From an uncultured Candidatus Saccharibacteria bacterium (lineage in GTDB: Bacteria; Patescibacteriota; Minisyncoccia; Phycocordibacterales; UBA1006): a stretch of 64,000 bases of DNA. This document shows, piece after piece, positions 7,142-16,527 of this stretch. How positions within the stretch are numbered: the stretch's first letter is position 1; every line of letters begins with the position of its first letter. The stretch spans positions 4,233 through 68,232 of the forward strand of contig CAYGJA010000003.1 of assembly GCA_964350165.1 (NCBI GenBank), read 5' to 3'. A program made the position numbers and the translations under genes. The notes under the pieces are model-generated. The model saw only the letters and a program-made list of their open reading frames with translations, did no database searches and was not told where the DNA came from.

Positions 7142-8494
7142 TTAGGAAGGAAGATTATCTAAGAAATCTTTTTTCTTTTTCTCCAGTTCATCCTCCTCGG
7201 ATTCTCCCCAAGGGTCCTCGGAATCAAAATCATCTCCCTCGTCACCCTCCACCTCCTGACCAATCTGAGGCTCAATATCGTCGATGGACTGCGGAGCGCT
7301 CTCAATAGCTGACTTGGTCATATTATCCAGGTCGGTGTCATTTGGACTCAGCTCTCGGCTGATAACGTCTTGGAGTTCTTTCTCGGCCTGTTCTTGTTCT
7401 TTTTGTTCTTTGTATCGCAAGTAGATTCGTCGTCCAACCAAAACAATAACCAGCAGCAATATCACAATCACCAACCAACCCAAGAACGTCCGTGGCAAGA
7501 ATCCGCCACTTGTGGCACCGGCAGCTGGGCGACCATCACTATCGTATTCGTTGATATCATAATGCACCGCACTAGCTTGGGAGCCAGTGGTTGGATTGGT
7601 ATAGAAAACAATAGCCGCTGCCGCCACTCTAGTTCCCTCTCGCAGGGCCGTTACGACGCGGACGTTTACTTTGACATCGCCGTCTTCGTCTTCTTCTAGG
7701 TCGCCAAGGTCAAACACAGCTGCGTGTTCTTTGCGCAAATACACCCCTTCACCGGCTGATAGGAATTCGGTGTTATCAGGCAGTTCTACTTTAATAAAAA
7801 CGTCATCGATTTGAGTATTAGAAACATTTTGATAATTGATTTCGTAGGTCAAGATATCTCCGACGGTAAAAGTCTCGCGATCATCGGTGATATCAAGCGC
7901 AATATGAGCCGGAACTGGGGGCTCGGCTACTTGGTTATTGGTTTCATTATTAGTTTCGTTATTGGTCGTATTGTTGGTAGTATTATTGGTTTCGTTGTTG
8001 GTGGTATTACTGCCGTTATTGTTTGGAGTCCCGCCTTGATTTACATTTCCATTTGGTTGTTCAATAACCGTAATGTTGGTACCACCATTGTATCCAGCCT
8101 GTTGACCAGGAACCGGCAAGGTAATAAAGCTGATCGTAGGCCCGTACACGATACCGTTACGGTTCTGCCCTACGACGCGCGCGTAGTAATTGGTGTTTGG
8201 TAGCAGGTTGTTCACTTCGACAGAGATATTGTCCGAAAATCGAGAATGACTACGCGATACGGTTGATTGCCCAAAAGAAGTAGTCTGCCCATATTGGAAA
8301 AAAGTCTGTGGTCGGTCCGCCCGATCTCCACCTACGTTGACAGCATAACTACCGTTCAATACAGCGGAAGTTTGAGTAACATTAGAAGCACCACCCGTCA
8401 GCACGGTCAAGTTGGTTGACTGGGCCGAGGCCGGAACTGCCGAAAATATAAAAATGCTAAATAATGATAGCGAAAATGCGAGTATTTTTTTCAT
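7142..8494 (-). CDS. Cell-surface protein: signal peptide, FN3-like domain, Asn/Thr low-complexity linker, DUF11-like repeat domain, C-terminal TM anchor with acidic tail
   Basis: Signal peptide MKKILAFSLSLFSIFIFSAVPASA; ...TSAVLNGSYAVNVGG...YARVVGQNRNGIVYGPTISFIT (FN3-like); TTNNETNNTTNNTTNNETNNETNN tract; TFTVGDILTYEINYQNVSNTQIDDVFIKVELPDNTEFL (DUF11-like); TM GWLVIVILLLVIVLVG followed by an E/D-rich tail. Confidence 0.55.
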   Translation of the reverse strand: MKKILAFSLSLFSIFIFSAVPASAQSTNLTVLTGGASNVTQTSAVLNGSYAVNVGGDRADRPQTFFQYGQTTSFGQSTVSRSHSRFSDNISVEVNNLLPNTNYYARVVGQNRNGIVYGPTISFITLPVPGQQAGYNGGTNITVIEQPNGNVNQGGTPNNNGSNTTNNETNNTTNNTTNNETNNETNNQVAEPPVPAHIALDITDDRETFTVGDILTYEINYQNVSNTQIDDVFIKVELPDNTEFLSAGEGVYLRKEHAAVFDLGDLEEDEDGDVKVNVRVVTALREGTRVAAAAIVFYTNPTTGSQASAVHYDINEYDSDGRPAAGATSGGFLPRTFLGWLVIVILLLVIVLVGRRIYLRYKEQKEQEQAEKELQDVISRELSPNDTDLDNMTKSAIESAPQSIDDIEPQIGQEVEGDEGDDFDSEDPWGESEEDELEKKKKDFLDNLPS

Positions 8495-8680
8495 AACAAA
8501 AGTATACCGAAATAATTAGAAACAACCACATTGTACGTGAAGAACCTTCAAAAGTATAGACATATTGTATTTTTGTGGTGTTATTTTTAAATTTGCCCAG
8601 TGTCTCTCTATATTCAAAAAGGTATAAAAAGTGGACAAAGTACCCAAAAAATGGTATAATGTTAAAAAGAAACTTAAAAA

Positions 8681-9220
8681 ATGAAAAAGAAACTCTTCAC
8701 ACTGGTGCTGGTGGTGATTATCTTGGCAGCCATTATCTATCCCTACGGGGAGAAAAAAGGCTGGTGGGATGATTGGTCGTCAAAACCTACCACCACGAGA
8801 CAACGGGGGTTCTACCCCCGAGAGACCTACCTGCTAGGTCAAGATACGGCAAGCTACGACCGGGACAGCCTCCTGGTCATTTTCCGAGTGCTGTCTTCAG
8901 ACAGCACCTATGTAATCAGCACTGCCGGGGTTCTGAATATGGGGGTGGCGCAAATCACCCCCAGCGACATTACCCACGGCAGCTTCCCAATCATGGCTCG
9001 CTGGGAGGCCCTGGACGGCCGAATAGTGGCCCCCAGAACCAACCTAAACTGGTCCGCGATCCTGATGAACATGCAGGATGGGGGGAATGTTTGGCCTCAA
9101 GAGATGAACTCGGTCAGGCTATCTTTCACAGCGGACCAGACCAACTTTCTGGCAGCCGCCGACACGGTGCCACTAAAAAAAGCCACCCTGTGGCGGGTAA
9201 TGAAGAAGACAAAAAAATAA
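8681..9220 (+). CDS. Hypothetical secreted protein (signal anchor MKKKLFTLVLVVIILAAIIY)
   Basis: 179-aa ORF with an N-terminal hydrophobic signal; no recognisable catalytic motif. Confidence 0.4.
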   Translation: MKKKLFTLVLVVIILAAIIYPYGEKKGWWDDWSSKPTTTRQRGFYPRETYLLGQDTASYDRDSLLVIFRVLSSDSTYVISTAGVLNMGVAQITPSDITHGSFPIMARWEALDGRIVAPRTNLNWSAILMNMQDGGNVWPQEMNSVRLSFTADQTNFLAAADTVPLKKATLWRVMKKTKK

Positions 9221-9266
9221 AAACAAGAGGCGGCAGACAGAGTTGCCGTCTCACAACACCAGTTAA

Positions 9267-10262
9267 ATGAAAAATTTCGCAGTTTCGGTACTAGTTGTTG
9301 CTGCTTATTTTCTTCTCGGCCTTGGTGTCGGGTGGGTAATAGACACAGCAGCAGCCCAGCTACTAGGGGTGGAGCCTACTAGCTGGCTGGTCATCCCGGG
9401 CACGGCAATTCTCGTGGCCTATTTACTGTTCACGGCTAGCACGGTCATAAAGATCGTGCCCGGCCAAGAAGCGGAAGTTCGCTTTCGCAATGCTTTTTTT
9501 GCCACGGTAAAGAGCGGTGGCGACTTACTTTTACCCCCTGGATTTTCGGGGATAACCGTAAAGACAAGTACGAGCCAAAAAACGCTATCAACAACGGTTA
9601 TTGACCGGAACGGGCTCGAGATACCCGTGGAGGTAACAATGGACTACCGTATCCACGGCAGTCGAAAAGCCTTGACGTTGATAGATACGGACAAGAAACA
9701 GACGCTAGAGGGTCTCCTTCAAGAGATTCTAGAGAAAGTGTGCGCCGCATTCCAGGACTATACGGCAAAGCTACCTATAGTCATATTCAACCTGAAGGGA
9801 AAAACCTCAGAAGTGCGAGTGGAAATGAATCGAGATCTGCTCAGAGAAGGACTGAGTATAGAAGAAATTACAAAAGGATTCAGGGCAGCCAAATGGGACA
9901 AATCCATATTCCGGGTCGCACCGGATCCCCCAACAATCGTCTTCTACGATTGTATCCACGTCCTCGCCTTGACGGTAAAGGACGTGGAAGTTCCAAAAAA
10001 AATCCGAGAAGAAATGGAGCGTCTTCTCCAAGAGTTCATCGAAACAGCTGCTGCTGGAGCAGAGATGGATGAAATTTTAAACAGGATGAAGGAACAGGTG
10101 AAGGAGGGAGGAAACCCAGACCTTGTCCTCGGAAATCTCTACAAACGCCTTGGCAAAGTAGAAGGCGGTCCCACGGTCAAAAAATTGATCGTGGATGCGG
10201 GCGAGGGCAATAACCTGATGGCCAAAATCCTCGCGGCCATAAATACGGCCCGCAGCGAATAG
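9267..10262 (+). CDS. SPFH/band-7 (stomatin/prohibitin-like) membrane protein
   Basis: Two N-terminal TM helices then IVPGQEAEVRFRNAFFATVKSGGDLLLPPGF...TVIDRNGLEIPVEVTMDYRI, matching the SPFH pattern (vp.g..av..rfG.....pGl....P......v..r.q.....q...T.D...v.vd.vv.yrv); coiled-coil C-terminus. Confidence 0.55.
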   Translation: MKNFAVSVLVVAAYFLLGLGVGWVIDTAAAQLLGVEPTSWLVIPGTAILVAYLLFTASTVIKIVPGQEAEVRFRNAFFATVKSGGDLLLPPGFSGITVKTSTSQKTLSTTVIDRNGLEIPVEVTMDYRIHGSRKALTLIDTDKKQTLEGLLQEILEKVCAAFQDYTAKLPIVIFNLKGKTSEVRVEMNRDLLREGLSIEEITKGFRAAKWDKSIFRVAPDPPTIVFYDCIHVLALTVKDVEVPKKIREEMERLLQEFIETAAAGAEMDEILNRMKEQVKEGGNPDLVLGNLYKRLGKVEGGPTVKKLIVDAGEGNNLMAKILAAINTARSE

Positions 10263-10332
10263 CAATTAACAAGTTGGCCTGAATCTCTCAGGTCAACTTT
10301 TCTTTTGCAAAATTTTTAAATTTTAATATTGA

Positions 10333-10626
10333 TTATTGGAACGCTGCCTCGTCCACCCGCACGTCTCCCCCGTCGGTTATCTCGATATAATCAGCGTCAA
10401 CCGTGTCTACAATCAGGCGCATGATCCCAAACACTCCGAGCATAATGGTCAGACCAAGCAAACCCCAAACCATGTGTCGCGAGTATTGGTTAGTGTCTTC
10501 ACCGGCTTTTTTTGATAGAAAATACTGGACAATTCCCCAGATAAAATAAGCAGTGGCTGCTGCCAGCATCAGCTGGATCAAGGGGTTGAGAATAAAAATA
10601 GATATTCTTTTTACTAGTTCGATCAT
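10333..10626 (-). CDS. Small two-TM-helix membrane protein, VirB2/TrbC-pilin-like module (paralog 1 of 5)
   Basis: 97 aa: ...IWGIVQYFLSKKAGEDTNQYSRHMVWGLLGLTIMLGVFGIMRLI. It shares the helix-(K/A)G(D/E/N)..K..-WG..G....G.(F/W)G pattern with the next four genes. Confidence 0.5.
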   Translation of the reverse strand: MIELVKRISIFILNPLIQLMLAAATAYFIWGIVQYFLSKKAGEDTNQYSRHMVWGLLGLTIMLGVFGIMRLIVDTVDADYIEITDGGDVRVDEAAFQ

Positions 10627-10696
10627 TCGTGTAGATTTTAAACAAGCTGCTTACCCAAGCAGGGCACCCAGAGGGTGCCCTGCAAATGTAAATAGC

Positions 10697-11137
10697 CTAT
10701 AGGGCGATTCTTTCTCCAGTACCACCAGTACCAATACCGACAGTGGAAGAAACAAACGCGATGATACCCCAAAGTCCAGTAACCACAAGCATCGCGATGA
10801 TGCCTCCAATCATGGCCCCTCGGGCAGCCTCTTTGTCTTCTGGTCCCTTTGCCAAGGCAAAGCGAACTACGTTGTATAGGAAGTAAGCTAGCGCTACACC
10901 AGAAAGAATGGTGAAGATACTGTTTACCCATACGTTTATGTTGGTCAGGTTGTCCCGAACAGCGGTGTCATCGACGATAGGAACGTTAGCTTCGAGTGGG
11001 TCGATCTGGAATCCAGCTTGACCTCCCGGAGTAACCGCCTGTGCCATTGCATCTTGTGCAATCAATGACCATGCCATTACAGAAACACCAGCACCAGCAA
11101 TCAGGTTGCTAAGTTTTGATTTGATGTTTTTTTTCAT
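10697..11137 (-). CDS. Secreted small two-TM-helix protein, VirB2/TrbC-pilin-like (paralog 2)
   Basis: Signal peptide MKKNIKSKLSNLIAGAGVSVMAWSLIAQDAMA; ...LAYFLYNVVRFALAKGPEDKEAARGAMIGGIIAMLVVTGLWGIIAFVSSTVGIGTGG. Confidence 0.5.
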   Translation of the reverse strand: MKKNIKSKLSNLIAGAGVSVMAWSLIAQDAMAQAVTPGGQAGFQIDPLEANVPIVDDTAVRDNLTNINVWVNSIFTILSGVALAYFLYNVVRFALAKGPEDKEAARGAMIGGIIAMLVVTGLWGIIAFVSSTVGIGTGGTGERIAL

Positions 11138-11224
11138 AAATTTGATATTTGTGCGTTGAACACGAAGTTCAATATAAAAACTAATAATGCACTGATGTAA
11201 GTATACAATGCGTCACCCCCACGT

Positions 11225-11611
11225 CTAGTCCTGGATATAGATACCCGGTGGATTAGCCGTTCCTCCTAATCCAATTCCAAACGTAGACGAGATAAATCCA
11301 ACGATGCCCCACAGGCCAACTAGCACAAACATACCAATTATGCCCCAGACCAACCAGCGCTTGGCTTCTTCTCTTTTGTTCTGATCTCCTTGGGCACTAA
11401 TCAATCGGATAAGCCCCCACATGAACGTTGCCAGGGCTGCTCCGGACAATAGGGCGATTACGGATGTTCCGATAATCTCGGCAAAACTATCAATGATTCC
11501 CTTGAGGGTGCTGGTGTCGGCGCTGGCCACACCAGGCACGGCCAACAAGAACGCTACCACCCAAATATACCGTGACCATGATTGTATTTTTGTTTGCATA
11601 ATTTTTTTCAT
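11225..11611 (-). CDS. Secreted small two-TM-helix protein, VirB2/TrbC-pilin-like (paralog 3)
   Basis: Signal peptide MKKIMQTKIQSWSRYIWVVAFLLAVPGVASA; ...LATFMWGLIRLISAQGDQNKREEAKRWLVWGIIGMFVLVGLWGIVGFISSTFGIGLGG. Clearly paralogous to 10697-11137. Confidence 0.5.
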   Translation of the reverse strand: MKKIMQTKIQSWSRYIWVVAFLLAVPGVASADTSTLKGIIDSFAEIIGTSVIALLSGAALATFMWGLIRLISAQGDQNKREEAKRWLVWGIIGMFVLVGLWGIVGFISSTFGIGLGGTANPPGIYIQD

Positions 11612-11626
11612 CTAAATTAATATACC

Positions 11627-12457
11627 CTACACTCCGCGCAATTGGTCAACGGTACCCTGGATAGCTTCGGCAATCACCCAAGCTCCCAACAGTATGGCCC
11701 CACCAATCACCGCTGCCAACAAGGCTTTCTTGCCGTTCTTTATCTTTTCCTGATTACCACCAGCCGTGACCAACAAGAAGCCCGCATAGATAATCGCCAG
11801 AGCAACCAACGGAATACCAATTACGAATACGATAGTAATCAGTTGACGAATAACGGCAGGTATCGAATCATAAGCAATTGGGTTTTCCAGTAAATCAAAA
11901 GAAAGAGGATCGTCGGCCGACGACGGCGCGGCTGGTTCTGCCCAATTAGCAGGACTGGGGGACCCCCACTGTGCACTTTTGTCACAAGACGTATCGCAAA
12001 AATACCCTAGCTGATTACTAAGATTGACATTGCTCAAACCGGTATTAAGCGCAAGGACTCCATCCACAAAAACCTTTACAGAAACCTTACAAGCAGGAGA
12101 ATTGCTTCCGTTACATTTATCGTCTCCCAAAGTAAAAGCATGTGTGATTACGGTATTAAAAGTTCCCCCGGCAGGGGCCTGAGTAGTCAAGGACCCAATC
12201 TCACCATTACGATTCCAAGCCTCCACTCGGACTACGTTGCCCGTACAATTGTTAGCGTTTACGGTAATGGTGGCGTTTGGTGGATTAATATCCAAATACC
12301 AACCAGTAGCTTGTGAACCATTGGGGCTAATGGTTGCAGAAGAAATCGAACAATTAGGCTGTGCCCAGGCTTCAGCTGTTCCCATGGCAACAGTACCAAT
12401 CACCACCAAAGCAATCCCTATAACGGCAACACCTATTTTTTTAAAAAAAGTCATCAT
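11627..12457 (-). CDS. Secreted protein: Cys-containing ~100-aa ectodomain fused to a C-terminal pilin-like two-helix module (paralog 4)
   Basis: Signal peptide MMTFFKKIGVAVIGIALVVIGTVAMGTAEAWA; ectodomain ...NCTGNVVRVEAWNRNGEIGSLTT...CNGSNSPACKVSVKVFV; C-terminal ...IPLVALAIIYAGFLLVTAGGNQEKIKNGKKALLAAVIGGAILLGAWVIAEAI. Confidence 0.5.
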   Translation of the reverse strand: MMTFFKKIGVAVIGIALVVIGTVAMGTAEAWAQPNCSISSATISPNGSQATGWYLDINPPNATITVNANNCTGNVVRVEAWNRNGEIGSLTTQAPAGGTFNTVITHAFTLGDDKCNGSNSPACKVSVKVFVDGVLALNTGLSNVNLSNQLGYFCDTSCDKSAQWGSPSPANWAEPAAPSSADDPLSFDLLENPIAYDSIPAVIRQLITIVFVIGIPLVALAIIYAGFLLVTAGGNQEKIKNGKKALLAAVIGGAILLGAWVIAEAIQGTVDQLRGV

Positions 12458-14574
12458 AGATCTGGAATATTTAGTAGTGAATAAGCCCCATCAGCACCCA
12501 AGAACCTCAATACTGTTGCCACAAGCAACCAAGCGATAACAACAATAATTAATCCTGTGAAGAATTTTCCAAAAGCACCTTTTGCTTGTTGCAAACGACT
12601 TGGATTCCCCCCACTGGTTAGTATCATTATACCAGTAATGACAGACATCAAACCAGCCAAAGGAATCACCATGAGGAAAATAAAATTAATAATATTAGAA
12701 ATTAATTCTACAAAATAATTATAATTACAGTCGTTTTGACAAGGAACAAGTGGTTTTGTTTGACTATCGTCAGGAACAATTCCAATCTCTCTGAATTCTT
12801 CGAATTCTGCTTCCATCTGCACATCGTCATTCAATTGGATAATGATACCGTTCCCCCTTCCCACTATTTCCATAAGGCTGGTGGTGGCGTTGAATTGTCG
12901 CCAAGCGGCCAAACGCCAACCAGTATTCGGCGTGGCCACAACCTCGATCAAAGACCCTACGGGATACGTCCCCGCCCCGGCAACCGTACCTCCACCAGCG
13001 GGAGTGACGTTAACAGACAGTGTCTTGCTTGTATTAGCGGCAAAATTAGCAATCAATTCCCTGTTCCCCAACATAGTCGCAATTGCTCGCTTGGACGTAA
13101 GTGTGGCGCCATTTTCTAACTCCCAATTCAAGAACTGGTATCCAGTATTTGGAAAGGCGTCGATGTTTACGTCGGAATTAATCGGATAGGTCCCCTCTCC
13201 CTGCACGCGACCGCCAGAAGAATCCACATTACCGTCAGTTTTGATGGTGATTTTTAGGGAATATTCTTTGGCTAATGGATTGGCAGACCAGCGACCAACA
13301 GAAGAAGGCATGTCACAAGCCCCAAAACAATGAAAACCAATTGCATTCATGCTCGTAGTACGGAGCCCCGCTCCACGGCTACTATGCAGAATCCCCAGAG
13401 AGTTAACCGGGGAGACGTCTTCTATTTCTATAAAAAACTGACAAGCTGGAAAAAGACCCAAATCACACCCACCATCCCCCAGGTTGGCTGTCGTAGATAG
13501 CTCCATAATATCCAACGATTGATTGTAGGGATTGCTGGTTAGATCAAAACCAAATAGAGCATCATTAAAATCCAACTCTTGGCTGGAAACAGCAATCGCT
13601 CCCGGCAAAGTAGTCTTGAGACCAATGGTTACTTTTAGTTTTTTGCCATAACAATTCGTTGCAAGCCATTTTATCTCGACCGGCAAGGTTCCTCCATCAT
13701 AGGAAAATAAAAGATTTCCTTGGGGGTCAAAATTAACCGGCCCAATTGTACAATCAGATTGTGTTTGGATATTTCCACCCGAGCTATCAGAAGATGGCAG
13801 ATAGGGCGATATCCCCGAAGCAAAGACAGCCGTCAGAGTGCGATCACTATTGGTAAGCTTGACCTTGATTCGAGGATTAGTCGAAACCCTAACGCCACCT
13901 TCGGTCCATTCCAAAAGATAATTTCCCGGATCGGGTAATGCCTGCACATTGACCTCGGTATCGATAGGGAACGTTCCACCACCAATCGCCCGACCGTCGC
14001 CTTGCGCATTCAGAGCAAGTGTATACGAGGACTGAAACGCCTGGGTGGTAATGGGATTGATGGTGGTAGTGGGAGGAGAGTTACCAGTACCCCTATTGAA
14101 TCCAATAACGTCCTTGCTTGTGGAATACAGGGGAGTGGCTTGGCTTGAAAAAATCTCCACCGATGGCCCATCAGAAAAAGTAAGATAATACTGACATTGA
14201 GGAGACGATCCATCATCCCTACAACCTTCCTCACCAATATTAATAGTGGCATTTTGAAGTTTGACGATGGCATTGGTTGGACCAGTGCCAACAGAAATAG
14301 TTCTGTCTGCAACAATCACATTCCCGAGGGAGGTTCTCCCCCATACGCGCAAATACACCGTTGACCCCTGACAATTGCTCAGGGTGGCATCAAGAGCCAC
14401 TGATCGATTAGTGCGAGTATACCAGGCAGACTGATTACCGGCTGGATCAAGCTTTACCTCAGACACCACACAAGTGTTTTGAGCAAAAGCATCATCGCCA
14501 ACAAAAGTTAGCCCGACAAAAAAACCAATAATTCCGACCAAGGCTATTATTTTTTTGATTACTTGTTTTTTCAT
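12454..14574 (-). CDS. Large secreted protein: two copies of the same Cys-containing ectodomain, three List-Bact/InlB-B-type repeats, C-terminal pilin-like two-helix module (paralog 5)
   Basis: Signal peptide MKKQVIKKIIALVGIIGFFVGLTFVGDDAFA; domain copies ...SNCQGSTVYLRVWGRTSLGNVIV...CRDDGSSPQCQYYLTF and ...ATNCYGKKLKVTIGLKT...CDLGLFPACQFFIEI; repeats GGGTFPIDTEVNVQALPDPGNYLLEWT, GEGTYPINSDVNIDAFPNTGYQFLNWE, GAGTYPVGSLIEVVATPNTGWRLAAWR; C-terminal ...MVIPLAGLMSVITGIMILTSGGNPSRLQQAKGAFGKFFTGLIIVVIAWLLV. Confidence 0.5.
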   Translation of the reverse strand: MKKQVIKKIIALVGIIGFFVGLTFVGDDAFAQNTCVVSEVKLDPAGNQSAWYTRTNRSVALDATLSNCQGSTVYLRVWGRTSLGNVIVADRTISVGTGPTNAIVKLQNATINIGEEGCRDDGSSPQCQYYLTFSDGPSVEIFSSQATPLYSTSKDVIGFNRGTGNSPPTTTINPITTQAFQSSYTLALNAQGDGRAIGGGTFPIDTEVNVQALPDPGNYLLEWTEGGVRVSTNPRIKVKLTNSDRTLTAVFASGISPYLPSSDSSGGNIQTQSDCTIGPVNFDPQGNLLFSYDGGTLPVEIKWLATNCYGKKLKVTIGLKTTLPGAIAVSSQELDFNDALFGFDLTSNPYNQSLDIMELSTTANLGDGGCDLGLFPACQFFIEIEDVSPVNSLGILHSSRGAGLRTTSMNAIGFHCFGACDMPSSVGRWSANPLAKEYSLKITIKTDGNVDSSGGRVQGEGTYPINSDVNIDAFPNTGYQFLNWELENGATLTSKRAIATMLGNRELIANFAANTSKTLSVNVTPAGGGTVAGAGTYPVGSLIEVVATPNTGWRLAAWRQFNATTSLMEIVGRGNGIIIQLNDDVQMEAEFEEFREIGIVPDDSQTKPLVPCQNDCNYNYFVELISNIINFIFLMVIPLAGLMSVITGIMILTSGGNPSRLQQAKGAFGKFFTGLIIVVIAWLLVATVLRFLGADGAYSLLNIPDL

Positions 14575-14579
14575 AAGAA

Positions 14580-15929
14580 CTATTCAGAAAAAGCGTTTTC
14601 GGAGCCTAGATTAAGTCCACCCTGTTTTGGAAAAGCCTCGTTAATGGCCTGGTTAGTACGGACCACTGCGCTTTCTGGAGCCAACAACCCGGCGTTAACA
14701 TCACGAATCAGACGTCGAAAAGCGGCTTCGGTTTCGGCTGCATTGGGGTCGTACCAGGCTCTGGCAATAATGGCTGAATTATAGAAAGTCTGAATGTATT
14801 CTTCATCAGAAGGTCGAGATTGCAATAACCCCGAATAAACTGGTGGCAACTGCAAGCCGTACGCCAACCCCACCCCATAACGACTTCCCGTCAATTCTTG
14901 CATCACCTGCAGGGCAACCAAGGGATTCTTGGAAGCCTTGTTGAGCATCATGGATTGCATGGTAGCAAAAGTGGCTTTTGGCATATCACGCATCTGAGGC
15001 AACAAAGCCACACCAACGTTGATATTAGGATTAATGCGCAAGAATGTCCTCACCTCGCTAGCATAACCAAAGTACACCGCCAAGTCTTCTGCCAAAAACG
15101 CGTCGCGAGTGTTAGCCATGCCTGTATTCCAGCTATAGTGGGTCTTGGTAGGGTCTGTAAAAGAAGTATAAAATTCGACGGTTTGAGCACTAAAATCCCT
15201 GATGTTTGTAAAGTCCTGAGACAAAACCGCTAGAAATCTGTCACGACGTGGCTGAACAATCGGATTGCGAGTCTGCAAAAACATGGCAGACAGGATATCT
15301 TTGGCATGGTTTACATTATCAAAAGAACCCAATCCAACCGCGCTGAGATCCACCGACACCGACACCGCATCGGTAACTTGTTCAGAGAAGGCAATAAATT
15401 CGTCCCAATACTCGGGTGGGCGCACGATAAAATCAGAGGACAATAAATTCTTGTTGTAGTACATCACCAGCGGGTCCAAAATAAAAGGCAATCCTAATGC
15501 GCCTTGATCAGACAGGAGCAAATCCGCCATATCTACATAACTGGATTGAAATGTCTGCTTGGGCAATCGAGCATAGCTAATCGGAATGACTTTGTCTTGA
15601 TACTGGACGATTTTGTTATGTGGCAACACAAAAACGTCAGGCCCCTGCCCAACCGCCAGTGCCTCTATGAGCTCTCTGTCAAAAGTGCTTTCATTTTTTT
15701 GAACATATTCGATTTTGAGCGTGTCATTGTTGTCCTCCAAGTCACCAATTGCGCTCTCGAAATAAGTTGGAGACAAAACCCCCCAAATAGTTACATTACC
15801 TGCGATTTGTGGTCCCTGGTTTGATTTTCCAATAGGAATAATCTGAGAAAAAACCAATACCGCAAACACAAAAATAGCTCCAAAGATAACCAGTGATATG
15901 ATTTGGAATTTTTTGGTTTTACTTTTCAT
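14580..15929 (-). CDS. Extracellular solute-binding protein (ABC transporter SBP family 1, sugar/MalE-like), membrane-anchored; no permease or ATPase genes adjacent
   Basis: N-terminal anchor IISLVIFGAIFVFAVLVFS; ...VTIWGVLSPTYFESAIGDLED...GQGPDVFVLPHNKIV (family-1 SBP hinge pattern); 449 aa. Confidence 0.6.
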   Translation of the reverse strand: MKSKTKKFQIISLVIFGAIFVFAVLVFSQIIPIGKSNQGPQIAGNVTIWGVLSPTYFESAIGDLEDNNDTLKIEYVQKNESTFDRELIEALAVGQGPDVFVLPHNKIVQYQDKVIPISYARLPKQTFQSSYVDMADLLLSDQGALGLPFILDPLVMYYNKNLLSSDFIVRPPEYWDEFIAFSEQVTDAVSVSVDLSAVGLGSFDNVNHAKDILSAMFLQTRNPIVQPRRDRFLAVLSQDFTNIRDFSAQTVEFYTSFTDPTKTHYSWNTGMANTRDAFLAEDLAVYFGYASEVRTFLRINPNINVGVALLPQMRDMPKATFATMQSMMLNKASKNPLVALQVMQELTGSRYGVGLAYGLQLPPVYSGLLQSRPSDEEYIQTFYNSAIIARAWYDPNAAETEAAFRRLIRDVNAGLLAPESAVVRTNQAINEAFPKQGGLNLGSENAFSE

Positions 15930-16527
15930 ATGTCAAAACAAACCCATAATGATGCGCTCCGGCCAAAATATCTTTTTCAAAAACAAAACCAGCTCGGTCA
16001 AACAGTTCTTTGGCTTTGGTGACCGTAACCACCTGATCTGGATGTGGTCCCATTTGCCCAAAAGATTCCATCCAGTCAATAACGAGCACTCGGCCACCGG
16101 GCTTTAGGATGCGCTTGGTCTCTTCGACAAGACCCGCCAGGTTCTCGATTTGAAAGAGAACATTACACACCAGGGCGGCATCAATCGAATTCTCTCGTAA
16201 GCGAGTCCCTCCAGGGTGCTCGATATCACCCCAGACCACCTTGACATTATGAACCCCCTTGTCTTTCATGTCTTGGTCGACTCGTCCCAACATGTCTTTT
16301 TGGACCTCTACCGCGTAGACTTGCCCGGAAGTTCCCACCACTGCGCCAGCTGCCGCAGCATAAAAGCCTGAACCAGCTCCTAAATCAGCAACGTGGTCAC
16401 CCTCACGCAAACCAAGCTGCGCTATATTCTTTTCTGGTTCACTAAACACAGTATTGTTTCTATTGTAGTTCAACGGAGCAAGTTTAGGATTCTGATTGTG
16501 GATTAGCAGTGGAGTCTCCTCCCACAT
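15919..16527 (-). CDS. Class I SAM-dependent methyltransferase
   Basis: Motif [17 protein letters not shown]; ...[10 protein letters not shown]...; motif post-[13 protein letters not shown]. The start is ambiguous (Met at 16548 or 16527); both overlap the gyrA 3' end at 16484. Confidence 0.7.
   Translation of the reverse strand: MWEETPLLIHNQNPKLAPLNYNRNNTVFSEPEKNIAQLGLREGDHVADLGAGSGFYAAAAGAVVGTSGQVYAVEVQKDMLGRVDQDMKDKGVHNVKVVWGDIEHPGGTRLRENSIDAALVCNVLFQIENLAGLVEETKRILKPGGRVLVIDWMESFGQMGPHPDQVVTVTKAKELFDRAGFVFEKDILAGAHHYGFVLTYEK

Noticed and set aside
8575-8772. 65-aa ORF 8575-8772 and the overlapping alternative frame 8773-9270
   Set aside because: They lie in the AT-rich divergent promoter region or in an alternative frame of the 8681-9220 gene. 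The 8681 frame has a clear signal peptide, and the 8773 frame is Pro/Gly/Arg-rich nonsense.
10638-10931. 97-aa ORF 10638-10931 (-) rich in W/Y/C/R
   Set aside because: An alternative frame inside the pilin-like gene 10697-11137, which has a convincing signal peptide and paralogs. The composition is implausible for a real protein.
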